Assembly (NCBI GenBank): GCA_030704615.1
Contig: CM060731.1
Span: 91,264,001-91,328,000 of the forward strand
DNA from: Takakia lepidozioides
Taxonomy: Eukaryota; Plantae; Bryophyta
Length of the DNA stretch: 64,000 nucleotides
Direction of reading: 5' to 3'
Positions 44,305 to 56,300 of this stretch are shown one piece after another. The first letter of the stretch is position 1, and the number at the start of each line of letters is the position of its first letter. The notes under the pieces are model-generated. The model had not been told where the DNA came from. It worked only from the letters and a program-made list of their open reading frames with translations, and ran no database searches. A program made the position numbers and the translations under genes.

Positions 44305-47300
44305 TCAAGTGTTACAGTCATCAGAATCGGTATCGACCTCCTGTGCTATGTCATCCACAAAGATTCCGGCCCCAACACCACGTCTTCTACCACGGCCGTC
44401 GATGGTTGGACTGCGAGTGCCATGAATGGACATGCTTGCTGCGAGTGCCTCCGCATAGACAGGTAGGACGTAAGACTGAGGAGGACTTGAAAGAAGTCCA
44501 AAAAGGTGTGATAGCCCTGGAGGGTCAGTGGAAGCACGCGGACTCCTGCACAAGTGGACAAAAACCAATTTTGAACACAATGATGCAATGCACAAGTCCA
44601 ACGCACATTTGGAACGGTGGGAAGAGCTGAAAGTGCAAAGTCAAACAAACCTCACGAAATGTGAATGTTGAAGAGACGAACCTGTGCCCATTGACAAATC
44701 CAGAAGTCTAGCGTCTGTGTAGGTGCAGCACTCCACAATTGTCTGAATGAAAGCCGGGCTCCTCTCCCTGGCCCCTCTCCAAGGAACCCCATTCCCCCTT
44801 CGCAAGCACACATTGTTGTCCACGTAGTTGTGGTGCATGTCATCCGTGGGAGGATCTGTCCTCTCGTCTATGAACTTGCCCCCATGAGTGATGACAAACT
44901 CCCTAATGACGGCTGGAGTCGTAGGTGGATGCACTCAGACGAGACAAACAACTTCAAACAAACGAGTCTGTGAACATGACATACACAAGGAACTAAGAAG
45001 TTTGAAAACCAGGCCCCTACATATTCATTTGAGCGACTTATGCAACTCCATCCGAGAACCACCAAGAGGAGGAATAAGAAGGCAGATTTACCATCTCTCC
45101 GGGACGATCCCCCTTCGTCAAGTACATGTTGTTCACACAATTCCATGTCTTCACGACCCTCATACCGGAGGCTTTCAAATAGCTGGCAAGTGCACGGCGA
45201 CAGCGAAGGTCGATGGACTGGATGAGCACCATAACACCTGCATCGGACAGAAAGAAATCGCAAAAGGAGAAAATCCACCGCCAGTAGCGCTCATCAAAAG
45301 CATTCCAACCTGGACAAGCACCCGATGGAGGGACATCCGGGACTGGCAACCCATCAGGGATGTCCAAGATGATGAGTTCGGCTGCATATGGCTTCTCCTT
45401 CCCGTTCACCCAGGATTTGGTCATTTTAGCCTGCAAACAAGCATGCAATGGAATGCTCAAGAGGATTGAAACGATCCATGCACACAACAGACAAGAAGCA
45501 AAAGACAACACACACCGTGCCGAGGAACTCCACAATCCTCTCCCACACTGGTGATGGTTCGCCCTTGTAATCAGATTTCTTGGACTCCATCATGGCAAGG
45601 AACCCGACGTTGGCCATCTCCAACCTGGTAGGGCGAATGACCCTCGTGGGATGCTCCACTGCATGGTACGGGTCCTTGGGATCAACCACCCCCTTGTTCT
45701 TTCTCCCGGATCCCCTACCATGCGGTGGAGTCTGTTGGACAACCACCAAAGGGCCAGTATCTGTAACACTTCCCTGCCCACCTACATGCCCTTGTGCCCC
45801 CTTCCCCCTACCCCTTCCTTTCCCCACGCCACAAGCAACATCCTTTCCCTTTGCCTTTCTACCTTTACCCGGTGTATCCTGAGCGGGAGGCTCCTTCTCT
45901 GCAAGAGTCCTCAAATTTCTCTCATGAATGTCGAGGTCGGATGCTGCGGCAGTAGCTGCTATACGCTCATTCTCTCTCCTCAAAGACATCTCCTGAGCTG
46001 GGGTCTGTGAAGCAGGGCAATCCAAATACCAACCACAAGCAGAAAGATGGTATGGGCCCCAGTCATGCAAGATCCCCGTAGTAAACATGGTCTGGTTGCT
46101 AGCAGGGACAAGCCAAAGGTCCACGAAATCAGGATGTTTGTCCAAGCAGTTCTCTACCATGAAAACATACTTTATGTACCTGCAGGAACAGAGACAACCT
46201 CATTATGCAATGCAAATATTGTCTCCCAGCTTTTCCACCCCATCACGAAGACCCCCTAAAAGAGTATGCGACACATTACACTCCACCACAAACTCATATG
46301 AGCCAGCCAAAAACAGGTTGGATGGAGGAGATTGTGTCTATGCAAAACAAAGAAGCACAGTCCATTTCGCACATGTAAAGGCATCGTTTCCAGGCTTCCT
46401 CTCCTTTCTCTTGCTGGTCAAACTCATTTGTTCGATTGATGCCATCATCATTGCTGAACTCTCTGAAGAAACAAGATTGCCACACTGTGGCTCTCCATTT
46501 CCTCATGTATGCTTGGAAGGAGACCTTCGGTTCTGTCATGGTGATCCCATAGTCAGCCAGCTGCGTATGTAGAACCGACCGGGCCCTTTCTTACAACTGC
46601 AGACCAATACAAAAGCAAGAATGAACACAAAAACAATCACAACCAATGTAACATGGAAAAAGAATGACAGAAAAAGCGAAAAGAAAGTGACACAGCAAAT
46701 GACATGATATCTAGCTCCAGTAAGTGGCCTTGTGAAGCCATGTATCCAGCACATTGTCACTGACAGGAATGACACGCTGGGTCTTCTTCTCTTTCTCCGG
46801 CCTGGGGAACATGTGGGTATCCCTAACAGTGGGATCAAAGTTCCATATCTGTAGCCACCTGTTCTGAAGACACAACGGCAGTAGACAACCTGTGTAACTT
46901 CTCCTGGGCCATCTCCGGCTTGCCTGGCTTGTTGTAATGGTTTTTCACCTCTCGAAGGAACTCTGGTCCGAAGGTTGGGTCTGCAATTCTCAGTTGTTTC
47001 ACAAAGCACTCATAATAGTCCTTCTTGTGGCGGTCATCTCTTTCTGGATGTGACTCTCAACACCCTTTGCTATCCTTCTCTCCTCAGGGGTAGAGTTGTA
47101 GTATTCCAGTTTGTTACGCTCTCCTGCATCTGCAATGTCTTGCTGCAAGGGAATGCACGAGAGTTGCATCAACCCAAGGGCAAGGGAAACAAACAGAAAC
47201 AAACATGTGGAAGCAGGAATATCGAAAGGCCAGATGATGGAAGATGTATCTCACCACGTACATATACTCCATGAACGAGTACCACGTTTCTGATGTCTTG

Positions 47301-50300
47301 GAGCTTTCGCACTTCTTGTACGTCTCTGCTGAAAGGATGGTCTTGAAGTTGGTCAAGGGCATCTGCCCGATTCTTTGTATCCTGTACAGTGTGTGAACCA
47401 GACTTGTTTTGACATGCGATGTCTCCATCCCTCTGCAGAATGATGTGTGAAAGTCAGAATGAAATTCAAGGACCGTCAACAGAGGACTGGAACCAAAGAA
47501 CCACGGAACCACAAGTGGAACATGTAGAATGAGAAACCAACCTGTTCACATCATTCATTGCCATCAGAAGACCCATCATGTTCCCATCACAATCTAGCAC
47601 CATCGATCGAACAGAGTAATGCCACTTTTCCTCCTATGAGTGCAGCCTCCCAATGACAGCCATCCATGCAAGCAACCGGTGGTTGCTATCCCAAACGTGA
47701 AACATCTTCCTTGAGAATGCCTGGGTGGAAGGTTTCCTGGAGAGAAGAAGTTCGAAGGATTCATTCACCTGTCTCCAAATGGGATCCCAGGAGTCCATGA
47801 TTGCCTCATCCACAAGGAGCTCATTGCCTCTTGAATCCTTTGTAGAAACGTAAAAGACTGCGGATCCATCCAAATACCCATGAACAAACTCGGCCTCCAG
47901 CTTCAGGATGTCCTTGATGAGGGGTGGACGAACGACGGGCATGGAAACCAACCTACACAGGGGAATCTTCAACCTCCCACCCGAGGCAAGCATACTTTGC
48001 ACCACAAGCTGAGAATTTACCTTCTGACCCCCCAGCATCTCAGCACCTTTGCTTTCATAGAACTCATCATCCACATCAATAATGACCTCCTTCCCCTGCC
48101 CCGAAGGGATCTCATCCGCCACACTTTGCATCTTCTCCTGCAGAGTTGTTCATTCAAATTGATATAAGAGAGAGGCATGAAACGATGGTGTTTTGAGCAT
48201 GGCAAACAGGCCCTATGTGGCCGAATTTCTCATCAGAAAACAAGCAGTGTGGGGGCCGAAAATACTGTGCGTTGCCGTACAATGTTTTAGTTTCCAAATA
48301 GTGGTGTTTTGAACATGATATTTGGCCCTATGTGGCACATTTCCACAAAAAAAACAGGCAAAGAGGGGGCCAAAAAGGGGGCACAAACAGTGTGCGTTGC
48401 CGTACACTCTTCGTGCTACCAACTACGGGTGTTTTGAGCATGCATATTGGCCCTGTTTGGCCCAACTTCACATAGAAAAACAAGCAGAGAGGGGGCTCAA
48501 ACAGTGTGCGTTGCCGCACACTATTTGAGCTTCCAATAAGGGTTCGTTTCAACCTGCCAGAGTGGCCCTAAGTGCCCAATTTTCACAACAAAAAACAAGC
48601 AGACAAGGGGGCTCAAACAGTGTGCGTTGCCGCACACTGTTTGAGCTTGCAATAAGGGGTGATTTTAACATGGCATAGTGGCCATGAGTGGCCGATTTCG
48701 AAATAAAAGAAAAGTCAGTGAAGGGGGCTCAAACAGTGTGCGTTGCCGCACACTATTTGAGCTTCCATTTTGGGGTGGATTCAACCTGCCAGACTGGCCC
48801 TAGGTGCACAATTATCATGTCAAAAAACAAGCAAATCAGGGGGCTCAAACAGTGTGCGTTGATGCACACTGTTTGGGCTGCCAGGTAAGTGTGAATTGAA
48901 CCTGACAGAGATGACCTTTGTGGTCGATTCTAAAATGAAAAAATAATGTCAAGTGTGGGCTCAAACAGTGTGCAATGCCACACACTGTTTGAGCTTCCAA
49001 AAAGGGGTGGAATGAACCTTAGAGAGAGGCGACTGTGTGCACGATTTTCACATTCAAGAAACAATTACAAGGGGGGCTCAAACAGTGTGCGTTGATGCAT
49101 ACTGTTTGAGCTGCCAGGTTGGTGTGGATTGAACCTCACAGAGTTACCCTGTCTGGACGATTTTATTATGAAAAAAACAATGAGAAGGGGGGCTCAAACA
49201 GTGTGCGTTGGCGCACACTGTTTGAGCTTCAAATTAGGGGTGGATTGAACCAGACAGAGAGGCCCCTGTGTGCACCATTTCCACACCAAAAAAACCAAGG
49301 CACAAGGGGGGCTCAAACAGTGTGCGTTGACGCACACTGTTTGAGCTTCCAATTCGGGGTGAATTGAACCTGTTAGAGTGGCCCTATGTGGCCGTTTTGA
49401 ACATGAAAAAACAAGCAAAATGGGGGGCTCAAACAATGTGCGGTGCCACACATTGTTTGAGCTTTCAATTCGGGGTGGATTGAACCTGCCTGAGTGGCCC
49501 TATGTGGCCGATTTTCAAATAAAAAAAACAATGACAAGGTGGGCTCAAACAGTGTTCGTTGACGCACACTGTTTGAGCTGCCAGGTAAGTGTGCATTGAA
49601 CCTGCAAGACTGGCCCTATGTGGCCGATTTTCACATGAAAAAAACAATGACAAGGTGGGCTCGAACAGTGTGCGTTGAAGCACACTGTTTGAGCTGCCAG
49701 GTAAGTGTGCATTGAACCTCAAAGAGATGCCCTATGTGGCCGATTTTCAAATGAAAAAAACAATGACAAGGTGGGCTCCAACACTGTGCGTTGAAGCACA
49801 CTGTTTGAGCTACCAGGTAAGTGTGCATTGAACCTCAAAGAGATGCCCTATGTGGCCGATTTTCAAATGAAAAAAATAATGATAAGGTGGGCTCAAACAG
49901 TGTGCATTGACGCACACTGCTGGAGCTGCCAGGAAATTGTTGATTGAACCTCATAGAGATACCCTGTCTGGACGATTTTATTATGAAAAAAGCAGTGTGA
50001 AGGGGGGCTCGAACAGTGTGCATTGGCGCACAATGTTTGAGCTTTGAATTAGGGGTGGATTGAACCAGATAGAGAGGCCCCTGTGTGCACCATTTCCACA
50101 CCAAAAAACAAGGCACAAAGGGGACTCAAACAGTGTGCGTTGACGCACACTGTTTGAGCATCCGATTCGGGGTGGATTGAACCTGCCATAGTGGCCCGAA
50201 GTGGCCGTTATGAACATGAAAAAACAAGCAAAATGGGGGGCTCAAACAGTGTGCGGTGCCGCACACTGTTTGAGCTTCCAATTCGGGGTGGATTGAACCT

Positions 50301-51880
50301 GCCATAGTGGCCCTATGTGGCCGTTTTGAACATGAAAAAACAAGCAAAATGGGGGGCTCAAACAATGTGCGGTGCCGCACACTGTTTGAGCTTCAAATTC
50401 GGGGTGGATTGAACCTGCCATAGTGGCCCTATGTGGCCGTTTTGAACATCAAAAAACAAGCAAATGGGGGGCTCAAACAGTGTGCGGTGTCGCACACTGT
50501 TTGAGCTTCCAATTCGGGGTGGATTCAACCTGCCATAGTGGCCCTATGTGGCCGTTTTGAACATGAAAAAACAAGCAAAATGGGGGGCTCAAACAGTGTG
50601 CGGTGCCGCACATTGTTTGAGCTTCCAATTCGGGGTGGATTGAACCTGCCATAGTGGCCCTATGTGGCCGTTTTGAACATGAAAAAACAAGCAAAATGGG
50701 GGGCTCAAGCAGTGTGCGGTGCCGCACACTGTTTGAACTTCAAATTCGGGGTGGATTGAACCTGCCATAGTGGCCCTATGTGGCCGTTTTGAACATCAAA
50801 AAACAAGCAAATGGGGGGCTCAAACAGTGTGCGGTGTCACACACTGTTTGAGCTTCCAATTCGGGGTGGATTCAACCTGCCATAGTGGCCCTATGTGGCC
50901 GTTTTGAACATGAAAAAACAAGCAAAATGGGGGGCTCAAACAGTGTGCGGTGCCGCACACTGTTTGAGCTTCAAATTCGGGGTGGATTCAACCTGCCATA
51001 GTGGCCCTATGTGGCCGTTTTGAACATCAAAAAACAAGCAAATGGGGGGCTCAAACAGTGTGCGGTGTCGCACACTGTTTGAGCTTCCAATTCGGGGTGG
51101 ATTCAACCTGCCATAGTGGCCCTATGTGGCCGTTTTGAACATGAAAAAACAAGCAAAATGGGGGGCTCAAACAGTGTGCGGTGCCGCACACTGTTTGAGC
51201 TTCCAATTCGGGGTGGATTGAACCTGCCATAGTGGCCCTATGTGGCCGTTTTGCACATGAAAAAACAAGCAAAATGGGGGGGCTCAAACAGTGTGCGTTG
51301 CCGCACACTGTTTGAGCTTCCAATTTGGGGTGGATTCAACCTGCCAGAGACGCCGTGTATAGACGGTTTTCATATCAAAATACAAGCACAACTAGGGTTC
51401 ACATCACCAATGAAGCAAAAAGGTCGGTCTCCAACATTGTACCTTTTTTTTGGCTGCTCCAGAAGACTCCCCAATCGCCGGAGACCCTTTGGGCTTCGGA
51501 CTGCTCTCTACGCCGAGCATGTTCTAGAGCATCTCCCCCATCCTCTTTTCCACTATCTGGTTCTTCCTGAGGCCAGCATCAATATCATCTTCGGCGTCCA
51601 TCTCTCCCTCGGATTCAGTCTCCTCCTCACCCGTTCTTGGAAGTATGGCGGGTTGTTGTTCTTCTCCAGATTCCTGCTCTTCCATTGCCAGACTTTCCTC
51701 TTTGCCCTCTTCTTCCTCATTTTCCTCTTCGTCTACTCTTTCCATCCTCATTCTATATCTGGCTCTATTCCTGTCCCTAGTGCTCGTGAAGTACAACGAC
51801 TTCCTTCTCTTCCTCCTCCGGTGGAAACAAGGGCTCCCCACGCTGCCTCTAGAGCTCTCTTGTTTGACATTTGCAACAAG
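44305..51880 (-). pseudogene. Spliced ParB/Srx-like + beta-class DNA amino-methyltransferase-like gene, copy B (most complete)
   Basis: Basic/acidic exon to 51443; exon from 48137 with IPLCRL..VRP and FHVWDSNHRLLAW; 45038-45430 ELIILDIPDG..YWRWIF..FLSDAGVM; 44680-44930 RSPAFIQTIVECC..LLDLSMGTG; last exon SYVLPVYAEALA; several stops. Confidence 0.78.
48240..51350. repeat. Tandem array of about 27 x 116-bp units, each with a 36-bp hairpin gctcaaacagtgtgcgg-tg-ccgcacactgtttgagc
   Basis: Unit starts spaced 113-127 bp, almost all 115-119 (e.g. 50241, 50357, 50472, 50588, 50704); 17-bp perfect arms in the homogeneous right part. Confidence 0.96.
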
Positions 51881-52655
51881 CGTTGCTATGGCATGTAACC
51901 AAAGTAAAAATTGGACATTGTTAACCGTATTTGGATGCGGGTGTCATCATTGTGTGCGAACGAAATTCATCCATTTTGGCGTCTTTGTATTATCCAAGAA
52001 ATAAAGTGGTGGAAAAAAAGTAGATCCGTTGCATGTACTTGTGATATATGTCAGATGTACTTCGCCGCCTGCCAATACATGGCAGCCTTCTTGCATTCTT
52101 TGAAATTCGGAAGTGCCGTAGAAATCTAATGCTAGTTCAATTTCGAGCAGTACTTGCAGATTCGCAATAATTGTTATGCTTCACATATGCGTCCACGTGT
52201 GTTGTACTGCCTACCCTGCGGTTTCCATTTTGCCATCACCGTCGCAATGGGGTCATTCGGTATAAAGGGTTGTGTCGGCAATGGTCATGTGTTGCACACA
52301 CTCATGCGAGGTGTCTCCCGGAGTGTCAGTGTTTGTGTTGTGCTCTTCTGGCACAGCACAACCTCATTAGATTCGGGGTCTTCCTCTTTACTGTTTTCCA
52401 GGGTTGTTGCCGTCTTTCCATAATGGATGATTTTATATCATGTTCAGGGTTTGTTTTTCATCCAAATACAGCACGGCTTCTTGTGGCTTCTTGTCTTAGA
52501 AAACGGTTTTTCTGGTTGGTGTCTCTCAATGTGGCTGTCTGCGAAGTTCGGTGCATGTCATTCCTACACCCTTTGCATGCATTGCCTGCAGTCTTTGGGT
52601 CAGTGCTACCCTTTTTGACCTTAGTTTGTTTGGGGTGGATCCCCTTTCGAGAATT

Positions 52656-55600
52656 ATGGGCTATCAGTTCGGGGATTCCTCTGTGAATCGCAACTTTCTG
52701 TCAGTGTACGAAAACATGTCCAGGGAGCTTGATAGACTCGATCGATTTCATTCCAATGTAGGTAGTCTTCCACTGACTGCCATTGTAGATGACGATGGGT
52801 TTGCAGTTGTTCACGAGGATGAGCTGGTTACGGTGTTCCCTCTGGAATTGGGTTCTCTGCTTGTTCAAAAAGAGGTGTATGACGAGGATGGGAATTTGGA
52901 TTCTGGGCACTTGGAGAAACCATTGGTTGGCGAGTGTGGAATGAAGTGGAGAGTCCTTCCAGGCACATACCGGGTCTTTGGAAAAGAGAGAAGACAATCA
53001 GCAGGATCAATAGTTACCCCTGGCACTGTAGCATCGGTCGTGCAGCGGAAGGGCACAGTTCATGTGAAACAAGAGGTGAGCACATCCACTACATTTGTGA
53101 CTCTTTCAGACTCGTCCTCGGAGGATGTTTCTGAGATTCCTCCGCCAATGCAGACTCCATTCTTGGATGATGACGAGTTGCAGGAGATAACGAGTGCCAT
53201 TCCGAAATTGAAAGCCCTCGCAGGGGTGCCTGGGTAAAAGAGCGAGCTGCGTTTTGTTGATTGGGAGTCCCTTCGTGTGCAGCGGGTTCAATACGTGCCA
53301 GCAGAGTTTGATGGGGACATCTTGTTTGAGCTCAACCCTCCCACGTCTTCCAGTGGACTAGCTGGGCTTCTGTAGGGCATGGACAAGAAACATGACGGAC
53401 ACCCTTGGTGGAGGACAAAAACGTCGAACATCCACAACGACATTGGATTGAAATTTTGAAGGTCGGTCTGCGTTGGGCATTGTAAGTGCGTGAATATTTC
53501 TTGCCCTCACCTGAGAAATAGCGCTAAACCAAACGAAAGTGAGTGGGAAGGTGTGCCCCTAAATCCTTTCACCCCAGGGCTTGCCCCTCCCAAGACCAAT
53601 ACTTTTGTGCAGGTTCTGCAAACTTTCCCCGTCTTGTGTTTTTGTGTGCCACGCTCGTATGTACCAGGTGGCACACCGATGCAAGACAATGACTCGTGCC
53701 TGCATTCATATGGGTACACACGAGCATCCTGTGTCCAAAGGAAGTTGCAGGGATAGCGTGGACATCGCTAGAAATCTGCTGAAGCAGGAGTTCCACAATG
53801 CCCCTTGTGCAACGCCTTCTGCTATAGCGCTTTCAACTAGCAAGGCATTCTTGGAAAAACACATACTGGGTGAAGGGGATGCGACACAACCAATGTTGGA
53901 TGCAAATTCGCTTGAGGCAGCGATGGACCATTTCTCCGTGTTGAGCTCTCCCAATATTCAAAACCAAGTGAATGCACTCAGAATGGGCACAGACACTGCT
54001 GGATTCATGGACAACATTATGGACCTCAAACGGAGGAGTCGCTATGAATTCATTCAAAACAGTATCTTCCCTAGCCAGGGCTTGGTGTATTTGTTCAAGA
54101 TGTCCACAGTGGGCGAAGGCAGTGGTGTGAGCATAGTGGGTTGGACAACCATGGCGTGCCATGTGTACGATCCAGCGTACCAACGTGTGCTCTCCATAGC
54201 AATTTGTGATATGCAGTCGGAGGACACTGAATCCCAGATGATCATGTGGAATTCGCTCCTGGCCGTCATGCAGCGCAATGGAATACAAAACACAAATTTT
54301 GTGGGCTTCATGGCTGATAGTGCACAGACAAATTTCAATGCAGTGCGGCGCGTGTTTGGTTCGGGGGATCCTAAGGTCCCAATGGAAAATAGGGAGCGCA
54401 CATGCCTCTTCCATTGGAGTCAATCTCTGGCACATCATACAAAGCGCTGCATTTGCCCTAACCTTTAGTTAGAGCACAGAAGCCTCTGCCTCAAGTACAA
54501 AAATGCCACCTCAATGGGAGAAGCTGAGAGCACTTACCAAGCAATCCGAGCTTGGTGGTTCTCCTCTGGTGCTGCTACTGGTATCCACCTGAAGGAGTTG
54601 GAGGACTGGTTGGTTTTCTGGCACTTCAGGTACAGACAGTGGGGAGCTTTCATGACGACGGTAAGCCTCTTCAATCCCAGAAACACAAATTTCACTTTGC
54701 ATCATGCCTGTTCATTTGGGGTTGTTGGATTGTCACTTGCAGAACCTCTTCCATTTCCTTTCGTTCCTCACATTTCCATGCAATGCCTCCTGCAGGACAT
54801 GTCCTTGGAGGACTTGGCCAACATGCCATCCTGTAATTTGGCGGAGACTGTTCACAATGCCTAGATGCAGCAGTCTACCAAAGCAGGACGTGACTTGTAT
54901 GTGGCCACTGCTGATGACATGGTGCGGGCACTTACACAACAAACCAGGTACCGCAATTTTCTGATGGGACGGGGCGGAGGCAAGGGCCTTGATACAACTT
55001 TGTTGATGCTAAGGGCTGCGAGTAAGTCCGGAGACCCATCAAAGATGGCCAGAGCTTTGAACAGGTGCACTGAAGGCTCCCCTTTGCAATCCAGGCTCCC
55101 CCATTTGGAAGGCGAAGAAAGATTTGGATCATGCAAAAGGAAATTGAACACTCCTCCAGGGTCAGATGAAGATTCCCATCGGCCGGACAGGGTCAATTTC
55201 TCTGTACCAAGGGTGTCTCCAGTGCAGACTAAGTCGTGTGCCCACCCCTTCCCAGGTGGGTCCTCCTCCAATGGAGCAGGTGCAGATCATGCAAGCACAT
55301 CAGCAGGAATCCCATCCCCCCCCCCGCAATTTGGCCTGTGAAACTTGGGACGTCGCTGTCATCAACCGAGATAAGCATGCTGGAGGAGGGAGGGTTCTGT
55401 CTTGCACGGTCCCGGGTGGTGCCCTCATGCACTGTCGGCACAGATGTGCCACATGCTCCGGCAATGCCTCCACCCGGTGCCAACTCCCACCCAACAAAAA
55501 GAGATGGAAAAACAGTGCGCCGTGTCGCTTCGGGTGCAGATCACGAATGCAAGATGGAATCGGCTAGAATTTTGTAGGTTCGGGTGACTCGTATCACCGA

Positions 55601-55877
55601 AGTCCCTACCTCGGGGTATGGACGGATTTACACAATGTTGTCTATTGGCTCAGTTCTTCATGGCAAAGAATATCAGGTTACCGTGGGGAATTTCCCTACG
55701 TGCACTTGTCCGGATTTTGTAACGATGCGTGAGGGCGCTCTCGGCATGAGAGGGAAGTGGGTCCCCTGCAAGCATCAATATTACATATACCTTGTAATTA
55801 TGTGCTGCGACGGTAAGAGAGACCAATTCATTCACCAAGCCACACTAGGCTACGGAGAAGTAATCACCCTTCTGTAG
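52656..55877 (+). pseudogene. GCM-MULE-SWIM transposase copy M2; intron 54661-54795; stops, frameshifts and internal deletions
   Basis: Colinear with 34471-37975: GMDKKHDGHPW, HMGTHEHP, FMADSAQTNFNAVRRVF, CLFHWSQSL, WLVFWHFRYRQWG, TCTCPDF..PCKHQY. Confidence 0.85.
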
Positions 55878-56166
55878 CAGGACACCTCACGTAGGGCTCC
55901 GCCAAATTCTCTTTGAACACATACGAGCCATGCCCGCTTCCCATGCTGGTTTCCAGGTTACCATGTAAAGACTTTGCATTTAGGACAAACACATACATTT
56001 CGTTCGCGGAACCAGGGCAAATGCACATGCCATTCATTGTAATCGTCTATCTGTGAATTGAAATAAAGTGTGTCAATCATTATGAGCTCAAATCTGCCAT
56101 ATTTTCATATTCATCTTTTTGTGCAGGCATTGCAGACATGGTGCATGGTGGCCCCCTTTGTTTTGA

Positions 56167-56300
56167 CCACGGTAATAGGCCCTCTTCCTGCAATCCACGC
56201 CTATAGGACCTGCTTCTCCAGCAGATTTGTGCCGCTCACGCTTCCCTAAAGCGTGAGCTCAACTCCTAGGCTCACGGGGCTGGGCTCACGCCGTAGCTAC
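56167..56300 (-). repeat. Right terminus (TIR-like) of M2
   Basis: GCTCACG/CGTGAGC cluster ending gctcacgccgtagctac; inverted homologue at 14781-14921. Confidence 0.78.

Noticed and set aside
44305-48137. Bacterial contamination or recent prokaryotic insert as the source of ParB/MTase
   Set aside because: GT-AG introns at conserved positions across copies and interleaving with plant-type TEs.
48240-51350. CRISPR-like array (36-bp palindromic repeat at regular spacing)
   Set aside because: The ~80-bp intervening sequences are homologous to each other rather than unique spacers; no cas genes; eukaryotic intronic context.
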